Of a stretch of DNA of 32,000 nt, positions 8,401-15,355 are shown piece by piece. Origin of the DNA: Alkalilimnicola ehrlichii MLHE-1 (GTDB taxonomy: Bacteria; Pseudomonadota; Gammaproteobacteria; Nitrococcales; Halorhodospiraceae); the NCBI RefSeq assembly GCF_000014785.1, contig NC_008340.1, positions 630,001 to 662,000 on the forward strand. Direction: 5' to 3'. Each line of letters opens with the position of its first letter. Within the stretch, counting starts at the first letter, position 1. The notes under the pieces were generated by a model that was given only the letters and a program-made list of their open reading frames with translations, searched no databases and was not told the DNA's origin. The position numbers were made by a program, and so were the translations under genes.

Positions 8401-9610
8401 GGACCGCCTGGGTATTGCGCGGGAGCTCCCGGCCCCGAAAGTAACCAAGCGATGGGCAGAGCACGAACTCGTGCTGCTCGCGCACCTTGTCGGGGACGGC
8501 AGCTATATCAAGGGGCAGCCGCTGCGATACACCACCGCAAGTGAGGCCAACAGCGAGGCGGTGTCGCGCGCGGCGGAGGCTATGGGAAGCACGGTCACGC
8601 GTCACCCCGGACGCGGACAATGGCATCAACTGGTCATCAGCGGCAACGGCAACCGGTGGCACCCCCAAGGCGTTGGCAAATGGCTCAAGCAGCTGGGGGT
8701 GTTCGGCCAGCGCTCGCGTGAAAAGCATCTGCCCCAAGAGGTGTTTCAACTCGACAACGACCAACTCGCGCTCTTCCTGCGCCATCTCTGGGCAACGGAC
8801 GGGAGTATTACGCAGGGAAGCGCTGGCCGTCCGCGGATCTACTTTTCCACCGCTAGTCGCCACCTGATCCAGGATGTGGCTGCGCTGCTGCTCCGTTTCG
8901 GCATTGTGGGGCGGACAAAGCACATCACCCACGGTGACGGCGAGGGCTGGTTCACCCTGGATATCTCCGGGGCGGTGCAGCAGCAGCGGTACCTCGAAAA
9001 AATCGGTGCGTTTGGCCACCAAGCGCATAACGCCCGGCGCGCCCTCCAGCACCTCCGTGGATTAGTAGAGAATACCAACGTGGATACCTTGCCGGAGGAG
9101 GTCTTCAACTACATCCGGGAGCGGATGAGGGAAGAGGGAATCACCCATCGGCAGATGGCGGCGCTCCGTGGAACGGCTTATGGCGGATCAGCTCATTTCA
9201 CGTTCTCACCGTCCAGAGAGACGCTTTTGAGCTACGCCGATATTCTGAATGACCAGCGCCTCCGCATGTTGGCCAACCAGCACGTGTTCTGGGATCGCGT
9301 CGTCTCCGTCGAGCCGGCCGGAGAGGAAGAGGTCTTTGACCTGACGGTGCCTGGCAATGCGTGCTGGCTTGCGGATGGCATCGTCAGCCATAACTCCGGC
9401 GCGATCGAGCAGGATGCAGACGTCATTGTCTTCATCTACCGGGACGAGGTGTACAACCCGGATACGCCGGAGAAGGGCGTGGCGGAGATCATTATCGGCA
9501 AGCAGCGTAACGGCCCCATTGGCACGGTGAAGCTCACCTTCCTGGGCCGGTTCACGCGCTTCGAGAACCACATCGAGGAATACTACCCCGGCGGCGGGTT
9601 GCCCGAATGA
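5465..9610 (+). CDS. dnaB: Replicative DNA helicase DnaB precursor containing two inteins (mature extein product 462 aa)
   Basis: The N-terminal domain reads [17 protein letters not shown]. Walker A GRPSMGK|T is split at 6143 and [13 protein letters not shown] is split at 8141. Walker B [20 protein letters not shown] and the C-terminal [13 protein letters not shown] are intact. dnaB-alr synteny matches E. coli. Confidence 0.95.
   Translation: [1381 protein letters not shown]
6143..7645 (+). mobile_element. Intein 1 (501 aa) in the DnaB Walker A loop, with a LAGLIDADG homing-endonuclease domain
   Basis: It begins with Cys (CIMAGSRL). Block B is TLTHPF, and the two LAGLIDADG motifs are [10 protein letters not shown] and [12 protein letters not shown]. 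Block F is [14 protein letters not shown], and it ends VCVHN followed by Thr(+1). Excision restores [19 protein letters not shown] (E. coli: [19 protein letters not shown]). Confidence 0.9.
8141..9394 (+). mobile_element. Intein 2 (418 aa) in the DnaB DLRE|SG(A/S)IEQDAD motif, with a LAGLIDADG homing-endonuclease domain
   Basis: It begins with Cys ([13 protein letters not shown]). Block B is RCTPEH, and the LAGLIDADG motifs are [10 protein letters not shown] and [12 protein letters not shown]. Block F is [14 protein letters not shown], and it ends IVSHN followed by Ser(+1). Excision restores [26 protein letters not shown] (E. coli: [26 protein letters not shown]). Confidence 0.9.
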
Positions 9611-9644
9611 GCCGGCACCACGGCGGGGCAGGGAGGGGGCGCTG

Positions 9645-10742
9645 ATGCGCGGTGAGGCCAGACCCACCCGGGCACGGATTCGACTGGAGGCCCTGCGCCA
9701 CAACTACCGGCTGCTGCGCAGCAGCGCGCCCGGCGCTCGGGTAATGGCGGTGATCAAGGCTGATGGCTACGGCCACGGAATCGACCGCGTAGCCCGCACG
9801 CTGGCCGGCGAGGCGGACTGTTTTGCGGTCAGCGGCGTGGACGAGGCAATGCCTATCCGCGCGGCCGGGGCCACCCAGCCGGTGGTGCTGCTGGGCGGCT
9901 TCTTCGCCGCCGCCGAGATCCCCCTGCATGTCCGCGAGGGTTTTCAGCCCGTCGTCCACTCCTGGTGGCAGGTGGAGGCGCTGGCCTCGGCCGGCCCTCA
10001 CGAATCGCTCGATGTCTGGATCAAGGTCGACAGCGGGATGCACCGCCTGGGCTTTCTGCCCGGTGAGGTGGCCGAGGTGCACCGCCGCCTTACCGCGCTG
10101 CCCAACCTGCGCCAGATCGGTTTCCTCACCCACTTGGCCGAGGCCGACGACCGTGACAGCCCGCGCACCCTGGAGCAACTGCGGGTCTTCGACCAGGCCT
10201 GTGCCGGCCTGCCCGGGCCGCGCAGCGCCGCCAACTCCGCCGGCACCCTGGGCTGGCCCGCCGCCCACTACGACTGGGTGCGCCCCGGTATCTCGCTGTA
10301 TGGCGCCTCGCCCTTCATCGACCAGGGCCGTCCTCGGCCCGACCTGCGCCCGGTGATGACCCTGGAGAGCGGTCTGATCAGCGTCAAACGGCTGCCCGCC
10401 GGGGCCCCCATCGGCTATGGCAGCACCTGGCGCTGCCCCGAGGCCATGCCGGTGGGGGTGGTCGCCATCGGCTATGGCGACGGTTATCCGCGCCACGCCC
10501 CGTCCGGCACCCCGGTGCGGGTGGACGGAGTGGAAAGCCAGCTCCTGGGCCGGGTCTCCATGGACCTGATCACCGTGGACCTGCGCCCCTGCCCGGAGGC
10601 CCGGCCGGGCGCACCGGTGGTGCTTTGGGGCGACGGCCTGCCGGCGGAGACCATCGCCGAGCGGGCCGGCACCATTGCCTACGAGCTCTACTGTCAGGTC
10701 ACCCCGCGTGCCCCGCGCCAGGTGGTGGCCCCGACCCGCTGA
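9645..10742 (+). CDS. alr: Alanine racemase (PLP-dependent)
   Basis: PLP-lysine motif AVIKADGYGHG. C-terminal VSMDLITVDL and YELYCQVTPR. GGGAGGGGG RBS lies 5 nt upstream of ATG 9645. It sits directly after dnaB. Confidence 0.9.
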   Translation: MRGEARPTRARIRLEALRHNYRLLRSSAPGARVMAVIKADGYGHGIDRVARTLAGEADCFAVSGVDEAMPIRAAGATQPVVLLGGFFAAAEIPLHVREGFQPVVHSWWQVEALASAGPHESLDVWIKVDSGMHRLGFLPGEVAEVHRRLTALPNLRQIGFLTHLAEADDRDSPRTLEQLRVFDQACAGLPGPRSAANSAGTLGWPAAHYDWVRPGISLYGASPFIDQGRPRPDLRPVMTLESGLISVKRLPAGAPIGYGSTWRCPEAMPVGVVAIGYGDGYPRHAPSGTPVRVDGVESQLLGRVSMDLITVDLRPCPEARPGAPVVLWGDGLPAETIAERAGTIAYELYCQVTPRAPRQVVAPTR

Positions 10743-10777
10743 TCCATCCCCCGTATCGGAATCCGGGAAGGACATCC

Positions 10778-12133
10778 ATGGCCCGCACCAAGACCGAATT
10801 CGTCTGCACCGCCTGCGGCGGCGTCACCCCCAAGTGGCAGGGGCAGTGCCCCGACTGCGGGGCCTGGAACACCCTGGAGGAAACCACCCGCGCGCCCACC
10901 GCCCCCGGTAAGGGCCGCGCCGGGCTCGCCGCCCGCTCCACCGTGCAGACCCTGGACCAGGTGTCGCTGGAGGAGGAGGCCCGACAACGCACCCATTCGA
11001 CAGAGCTGGACCGGGTCCTCGGCGGCGGCCTGGTCAACGGCGCCGTGGTCCTGCTCGGCGGTGACCCCGGTATTGGCAAGTCCACCCTGCTGTTGCAGAC
11101 CCTGTCCAACCTCGCCCGCGACCACGCCGCCCTCTATGTCACCGGGGAGGAGTCGCTGCAGCAGGTGGCCCTGCGCGCCAGCCGGCTGGGTCTGCCCCGG
11201 GACCGGCTGGAGGTGCTGGCCGAGACCAGCGTGGAGGCCATGCTGGCCACCGCGGAAGCGCGCCGGCCCCGGGTCATGGTGGTGGACTCGGTGCAGACGG
11301 TGTTCACCGAGGCGTTGCAGTCCGCCCCCGGTTCCGTCTCCCAGGTGCGCGAGTCCGCCGCCCAACTGGTGCGCTACGCCAAGCGCAGCGGCACCGCGCT
11401 GTTCCTGGTGGGGCACGTGACCAAGGAGGGGGCGCTGGCCGGCCCGCGGGTGCTGGAGCACATGGTGGACACGGTGCTCTACTTCGAGAGTGATTCCGGC
11501 AGCCGGTTCCGCCTGCTGCGTGCGGTCAAGAACCGTTTCGGCGCGGCCAACGAGCTGGGGGTGTTCGCCATGCTGGAGGAGGGGTTGAAGGAGGTGCGCA
11601 ACCCCTCGGCCATCTTCCTCTCCCGCCACGAGGAGGCGGTCCCCGGCAGCCTGGTCACCGTGACCCGGGAGGGCAGCCGCCCACTGATGGTGGAGGTGCA
11701 GGCCCTGGTCGCCGACAGCCCCTTGAGCAACCCGCGCCGGGTGGCCGTGGGCCTGGACGGCAACCGGCTGTCACTGCTACTGGCGGTGCTGGCCCGCCAC
11801 GGCGGGGTAGCCCTGCACGGGCTGGATGTCTTTCTGAACGTGGTGGGGGGCGTGCGGGTCAGCGAAACCGCCAGCGACCTGCCCGCGGTGCTGGCGGTGC
11901 TCTCCAGCCTGCGCGACCGGCCGCTGCCGCTGGACACGGTGGTGTTCGGGGAGTTGGGCCTGTCCGGCGAGATCCGGCCGGTGCCCAATGGCGAGGAGCG
12001 CCTCGTCGAAGCGGCCAAGCACGGCTTCCGCCGCGCCGTGGTACCGCGCAAGAACCGGCCCAGGAAGCCGCCCGAGGGGCTGGAGGTCATCGGCGTCGAG
12101 CGCCTGCAGGAGGCGATGGAAGCGGTCTTCTGA
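10778..12133 (+). CDS. radA: DNA repair protein RadA/Sms
   Basis: The internal ATG 10778 gives MARTKTEFVCTACGGVTPKWQGQCPDCGAWNTLEE (zinc ribbon). Walker A is GGDPGIGKSTLLLQ, followed by the KNRFG motif and a Lon-like C-terminal domain. The upstream part of ORF 10625.. overlaps alr and is not coding. Confidence 0.95.
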   Translation: MARTKTEFVCTACGGVTPKWQGQCPDCGAWNTLEETTRAPTAPGKGRAGLAARSTVQTLDQVSLEEEARQRTHSTELDRVLGGGLVNGAVVLLGGDPGIGKSTLLLQTLSNLARDHAALYVTGEESLQQVALRASRLGLPRDRLEVLAETSVEAMLATAEARRPRVMVVDSVQTVFTEALQSAPGSVSQVRESAAQLVRYAKRSGTALFLVGHVTKEGALAGPRVLEHMVDTVLYFESDSGSRFRLLRAVKNRFGAANELGVFAMLEEGLKEVRNPSAIFLSRHEEAVPGSLVTVTREGSRPLMVEVQALVADSPLSNPRRVAVGLDGNRLSLLLAVLARHGGVALHGLDVFLNVVGGVRVSETASDLPAVLAVLSSLRDRPLPLDTVVFGELGLSGEIRPVPNGEERLVEAAKHGFRRAVVPRKNRPRKPPEGLEVIGVERLQEAMEAVF

Positions 12134-12173
12134 CCGACCCCGCCCCGGGGTCAGGGGCGGCCCCTCCGTGGCG

Positions 12174-12248
12174 CCCCCACCGTCACTGCGAGCGGGGACC
12201 TCCCCCACTGCCACTGCGAGCGGGGACCTCCCCCACCGTCACTGCGAG
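12174..12248. repeat. Tandem repeat, 28-bp unit x about 2.7 (cccccac[c/t]g[t/c]cactgcgagcggggacct), the amplified left half-arm of the palindromic element
   Basis: Units at 12174-12201 and 12202-12229, plus a partial unit at 12230-12248. Read directly from the sequence. Confidence 0.85.
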
Positions 12249-12318
12249 GAGGCGAAGCCGACGTGGCAGTCTACCGCCCTGGATCGCCACGGGCCTTCGG
12301 CCCTCGCGATGACGGGGG
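12230..12318 (+). repeat. 89-bp imperfect palindromic (REP/MITE-like) element, copy 1
   Basis: The left arm cgtcactgcgaggaggcgaagccgacgtggcagtc is complementary, with mismatches, to the right arm gatcgccacgggccttcggccctcgcgatgacg. It is 84/89 identical to the reverse complement of 15356-15444 by hand alignment. Confidence 0.8.
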
Positions 12319-12405
12319 AAAGCCTTCGGCCCTCGCGATGACGGGGGAAAGCCTTCGGCCCTCGCGATGACGGGGGAAAGCCTTCAGCCCTCGCGATGAC
12401 GGGGG
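12294..12405. repeat. Tandem repeat, 29-bp unit x about 3.9 (ccttcggccctcgcgatgacgggggaaag), the amplified right half-arm of the palindromic element
   Basis: Units at 12294-12322, 12323-12351 and 12352-12380, plus 12381-12405 (one g>a change, truncated). Read directly from the sequence. Confidence 0.9.
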
Positions 12406-12409
12406 CGGG

Positions 12410-12478
12410 CCCCCACTGTCACTGCGAGCCCCCGAAGGGGGCGTGGCAGTCCATGCGGCGTTTGGATCGCCACCTCGC
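12410..12478 (+). repeat. Degenerate third copy of the palindromic element (left arm intact, right arm truncated)
   Basis: cccccactgtcactgcgag, then a cccccgaaggggg hairpin, then gcgtggcagtc...gatcgccac. The right arm decays into the PilZ gene stop codon (12484-12486). Confidence 0.55.
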
Positions 12479-12483
12479 TGGTC

Positions 12484-12861
12484 TTACTCCTCCGGCGCCA
12501 CCAGCTGCTCCAACTCCCGGTGGATCAGCTCCACATCGCCGGAGTTGGCCTCCAATAACTGGCGCAGCAGGGTCAAACTGTCCACATCGATGCGCTCGCA
12601 CCGAAAGCCGATGACGCTGCCATGCAGGTGAGCCGGCTTCACCTCCATCCGCACCACATCCTGCTCGCTCAGCTTAAGCGTCAGGGCGTAGCGGGCGTCG
12701 CTGTCGGCGGTGCGCCCCCAGGCCGGGGGTACGGCGAGCAGCGCCCCCTTCATGGAGAGGTCCTCCACCTCGACGGGCACTGAGCCCTCCGGGCCTTCGA
12801 GCTCCGCGGGGGCCTCGAAGCGCACCCGGGTGAAGCGCCGGCGATCTGCGGGGTCGGTCAT
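12484..12861 (-). CDS. Stand-alone PilZ-domain (c-di-GMP-binding) protein
   Basis: 125 aa with both PilZ signatures, RRRFTR (RxxxR) and DLSMKG (D/NxSxxG). It lies 53 bp downstream of folD on the same strand. Confidence 0.8.
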   Translation of the reverse strand: MTDPADRRRFTRVRFEAPAELEGPEGSVPVEVEDLSMKGALLAVPPAWGRTADSDARYALTLKLSEQDVVRMEVKPAHLHGSVIGFRCERIDVDSLTLLRQLLEANSGDVELIHRELEQLVAPEE

Positions 12862-12914
12862 CTGGCGTCTCCTGGCCCGTGCCGAGGGGGAATGTCCCTC
12901 AACTATAGAGGGGT

Positions 12915-13775
12915 TCAGGCGCGGCTGTCACGGGCCTCGGCGGCGGCCAGGGTATTCGCCATCAGGGTGGCCACAGTCATCGGGCCGACGCCACCCGGCA
13001 CCGGGGTGATCCAGCCGGCCAGCTCGCGGGCAGCGGCGAAGTCCACGTCGCCGGTGAGCTTGCCGGACTCCAGCCGGTTGATACCCACGTCAATGACCAC
13101 TGCCCCGGGCTTGATCCAGTCGCCGGGGACGAAGCCGGGCCGGCCCACCGCGGCCACCACGATGTCGGCGGCCCGCACCCGATCGGCCAGGTTCCGCGTG
13201 CGGCTGTGGCAGATGGTGATGGTGCACCGGGCGTTGAGCAGCTCCATCGCCATAGGCCGGCCGACGATGTTGGATTGGCCGATGATCACCGCGTCCTTGC
13301 CCTCCAACTCGATGCCCGCGTGCGCGAGCATGGTCATTACCCCATTCGGGGTGCAGGGCCGCAGGCCGGGCAGGCGCAGGGTCAGGCGGCCCATGTTGAC
13401 CGGATGGAAGCCGTCCACGTCCTTGTCCGGGTGGATGCGGTCAATGACCGTCTGCTCGTCGATGTGATCGGGCAGGGGCAGTTGCACCAGGATGCCGTCG
13501 ATCTCGTCACGGCCGTTCAGCTCGTCCACCAGGGCGAGCAGCTCGTCCTGGGTGGTCTCTGCGGGTAGTTCGTGGGCGCTGGAGTGCATGCCCAGTTGCT
13601 CGCAGGCCTGGCGCTTCTTGCCCACATAGACGGTGGACGCCGGGTCCGCCCCCACCAGGACCACGGCCAGCCCCGGGCGCCGTCCGCCCCGTTCGACACG
13701 GGCCTCCACCTGCTTGCGTACCTGCTCCCGTAGTTCTGCGGCGATGGCCTTACCATCCAGAATCTGTGCGCTCAT
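12915..13775 (-). CDS. folD: Bifunctional methylenetetrahydrofolate dehydrogenase/methenyl-THF cyclohydrolase
   Basis: The internal ATG at 13775 gives [19 protein letters not shown]..., 286 aa. Motifs include [23 protein letters not shown] and [22 protein letters not shown]. The longer ORF to 14108 runs antisense through tRNA genes and is an artefact. Confidence 0.95.
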   Translation of the reverse strand: MSAQILDGKAIAAELREQVRKQVEARVERGGRRPGLAVVLVGADPASTVYVGKKRQACEQLGMHSSAHELPAETTQDELLALVDELNGRDEIDGILVQLPLPDHIDEQTVIDRIHPDKDVDGFHPVNMGRLTLRLPGLRPCTPNGVMTMLAHAGIELEGKDAVIIGQSNIVGRPMAMELLNARCTITICHSRTRNLADRVRAADIVVAAVGRPGFVPGDWIKPGAVVIDVGINRLESGKLTGDVDFAAARELAGWITPVPGGVGPMTVATLMANTLAAAEARDSRA

Positions 13776-13898
13776 GCTGGGTTCCTGCTGATCACGGGTG
13801 GGGGTGTCCGCGGTGAACCACCGCGTCAGGGGGCGGATTTTGTCATGGCGGCGTGGTCGCCTCAACTTGGGGCGCGAAACTTGGGGGCGTAAATCCAT

Positions 13899-13927
13899 TT
13901 GACCCGCCCCCGGGGCGGTTGTATTAT
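13899..13927 (+). promoter_or_regulatory. Candidate sigma70 promoter of the tRNA operon (TTGACC-17-TATTAT)
   Basis: -35 at 13899-13904 and -10 at 13922-13927. A GC-rich discriminator (ttgcctcccg) follows, as is typical of stable-RNA promoters. It lies about 40 nt upstream of tRNA-Pro. Confidence 0.5.
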
Positions 13928-13968
13928 TTGCCTCCCGATCACGCTGCCCGGGCAGCCGGGTATTGCAA

Positions 13969-14045
13969 CGGGGTGTAGCGCAGTCTGGTAGCGCTCCTGC
14001 TTTGGGAGCAGGAAGTCGGGGGTTCAAATCCCTCCACCCCGACCA
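13969..14045 (+). tRNA. tRNA-Pro (anticodon UGG)
   Basis: Hand-folded cloverleaf: acceptor cggggtg/caccccg, D arm gcgc-agtctggta-gcgc, anticodon arm cctgc-tttggga-gcagg, T arm ggggg-ttcaaat-ccctc, encoded CCA. Confidence 0.9.
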
Positions 14046-14093
14046 AATCCTGCGAACAGGCAGGGCCGAGTCGGCTGGGCCAGGGCAACACAA

Positions 14094-14170
14094 GCGCCCG
14101 TAGCTCAATCGGATAGAGCATCGGCCTTCTAAGCCGACGGTTGCAGGTTCGAGTCCTGCCGGGCGCGCCA
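14094..14170 (+). tRNA. tRNA-Arg (anticodon UCU)
   Basis: Acceptor gcgcccg/cgggcgc, anticodon arm tcggc-cttctaa-gccga, T arm gcagg-ttcgagt-cctgc, encoded CCA. Confidence 0.9.
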
Positions 14171-14206
14171 GTTCCGGCCCCGCAGGCAGCGTTGTGTAAG
14201 CATTAT

Positions 14207-14283
14207 GGTGGGCGTAGCTCAGTTGGTAGAGCTCCGGATTGTGGCTCCGGCGGTCGTGGGTTCAAATCCCATCGCTCACCCCA
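14207..14283 (+). tRNA. tRNA-His (anticodon GUG) with encoded G-1
   Basis: G-1 (14207) can pair with discriminator C. Acceptor gtgggcg/cgctcac, anticodon arm ccgga-ttgtggc-tccgg, T arm gtggg-ttcaaat-cccat, encoded CCA. Confidence 0.9.
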
Positions 14284-14289
14284 TCTTCA

Positions 14290-14365
<76 letters not shown>

Positions 14366-14372
14366 CTCCCGG

Positions 14373-14405
14373 AAAGCCCGGCCGATGCCCTCGGCCGGGC
14401 TTTTT
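14373..14405 (+). terminator. Rho-independent terminator of the tRNA operon (A-tract upstream, so possibly bidirectional and also serving lgt)
   Basis: aaa-gcccggccga-tgccc-tcggccgggc-ttttt: a perfect 10-bp GC stem followed by T5. Confidence 0.75.
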
Positions 14406-14452
14406 CGTATGCGCTGGCGGCGGATGGCCCGAATGCGGATCAGGCCGCCGGA

Positions 14453-15253
14453 TCAATTCGGTGCCGCTTGTCTCCGCGCGCCCCGGTAGGCCAATGCCAG
14501 CAGCACGCCCCCGCCCAGGATCATCGGCAGCGACAGGACCTGCCCCATGGTCACCCAGCCGAAGGCCAGGTAACCGATGTGCTCGTCCGGGAGGCGCACG
14601 AACTCCACCAGGAAGCGGAAACTGCCGTAGGCCACCAGAAAGACCCCGCTCACCGCCATCGCCGGGCGCGGCCGGCGGGAGAACCACCAGACGATGAGGA
14701 ACAGCACCAGCCCCTCCAACAGGGCCTGGTAGAGCTGGGAAGGATGGCGGGGGTCGGGGCCCAGTGGCGGGTAGACCATGGCCCAGGGCAGGTTGCTGGG
14801 CGCGCCCCAGAGTTCGCCATTGATGAAGTTGCCGATGCGGCCGAAGCCGAGGCCCGGCGGGATCAGCGGGGCGACAAAGTCGGTCATGCGGAAAAAGCCG
14901 CAGCCGAGGCGGCGCTGGAAGAGCCAGCAGGCAAGAAAGACCCCGAGCATGCCGCCGTGGAACGACATGCCGCCCTCCCAGAGGCGCAATAGCGAGAGCG
15001 GATCGGCCGCAAGCCCCCCCAGGTTGTAGAAGAGGTGGTAGCCCAGCTTGCCCCCCACCACCACCCCCACGGCGATGTAGAAGACCAGATCGTCCACCTG
15101 GGCGGGGGTCAGCGGGGAGTGCGGCCGCCGGGCGCGCAGGCGGCCGAGCCACCAGCCGGCGGCAAAGCCGAAGACATACATCAGGCCATACCAGTGAACG
15201 GCCAGCGGACCGAGCTGGATGGCGACGGGGTCGATATCGGGGTAAGTGAGCAT
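14453..15253 (-). CDS. lgt: Prolipoprotein diacylglyceryl transferase
   Basis: [30 protein letters not shown] parallels the E. coli Lgt N-terminus. Also [13 protein letters not shown] and multiple TM helices. The start is set at ATG 15253 (M15 of the ORF) by homology to the E. coli N-terminus. Confidence 0.9.
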   Translation of the reverse strand: MLTYPDIDPVAIQLGPLAVHWYGLMYVFGFAAGWWLGRLRARRPHSPLTPAQVDDLVFYIAVGVVVGGKLGYHLFYNLGGLAADPLSLLRLWEGGMSFHGGMLGVFLACWLFQRRLGCGFFRMTDFVAPLIPPGLGFGRIGNFINGELWGAPSNLPWAMVYPPLGPDPRHPSQLYQALLEGLVLFLIVWWFSRRPRPAMAVSGVFLVAYGSFRFLVEFVRLPDEHIGYLAFGWVTMGQVLSLPMILGGGVLLALAYRGARRQAAPN

Positions 15254-15355
15254 GGGGGCATGATACCCGTTATGGCCGCCGCACCGCACGGCCATGGCAC
15301 CCCGCGCGAGCCCTGCCGGCCGCTGCCCGGGCCCGAATCAACGACGAACGGCGCA

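Noticed and set aside
6632-9052. 806-aa ORF on the minus strand spanning both inteins.
   Set aside because: It is exactly antisense to dnaB, whose product has unambiguous helicase and intein motifs. The antisense translation is a low-complexity Arg/Pro/Gly/Ala-rich sequence, typical of stop-codon depletion in high-GC DNA.
9552-10775. 407-aa minus-strand ORF.
   Set aside because: It is antisense to alr, which has the PLP motif AVIKADGYGHG and a good RBS. It is a GC artefact.
12135-12160. GC hairpin (ccgcccc-ggggtca-ggggcgg) right after the radA stop, considered as an intrinsic terminator.
   Set aside because: It has no T-tract and is only a 7-bp stem. Termination is more plausibly provided by the adjacent repeat structures, so it is not annotated as a feature.
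12174-12405. The regular 28-29-bp periodicity looked superficially like a CRISPR array.
   Set aside because: The units abut one another directly with no unique spacers. There are two different unit types, which are the two arms of a palindromic element, and no cas genes are in the window. This is a tandem repeat, not CRISPR.
14366-14452. Possible genomic-island insertion downstream of the tRNA cluster (tRNA-Lys 3' end as an att site).
   Set aside because: The tRNA operon is followed directly by its terminator and then by core gene lgt. There is no integrase, no direct repeat of a tRNA 3' end and no compositional shift.
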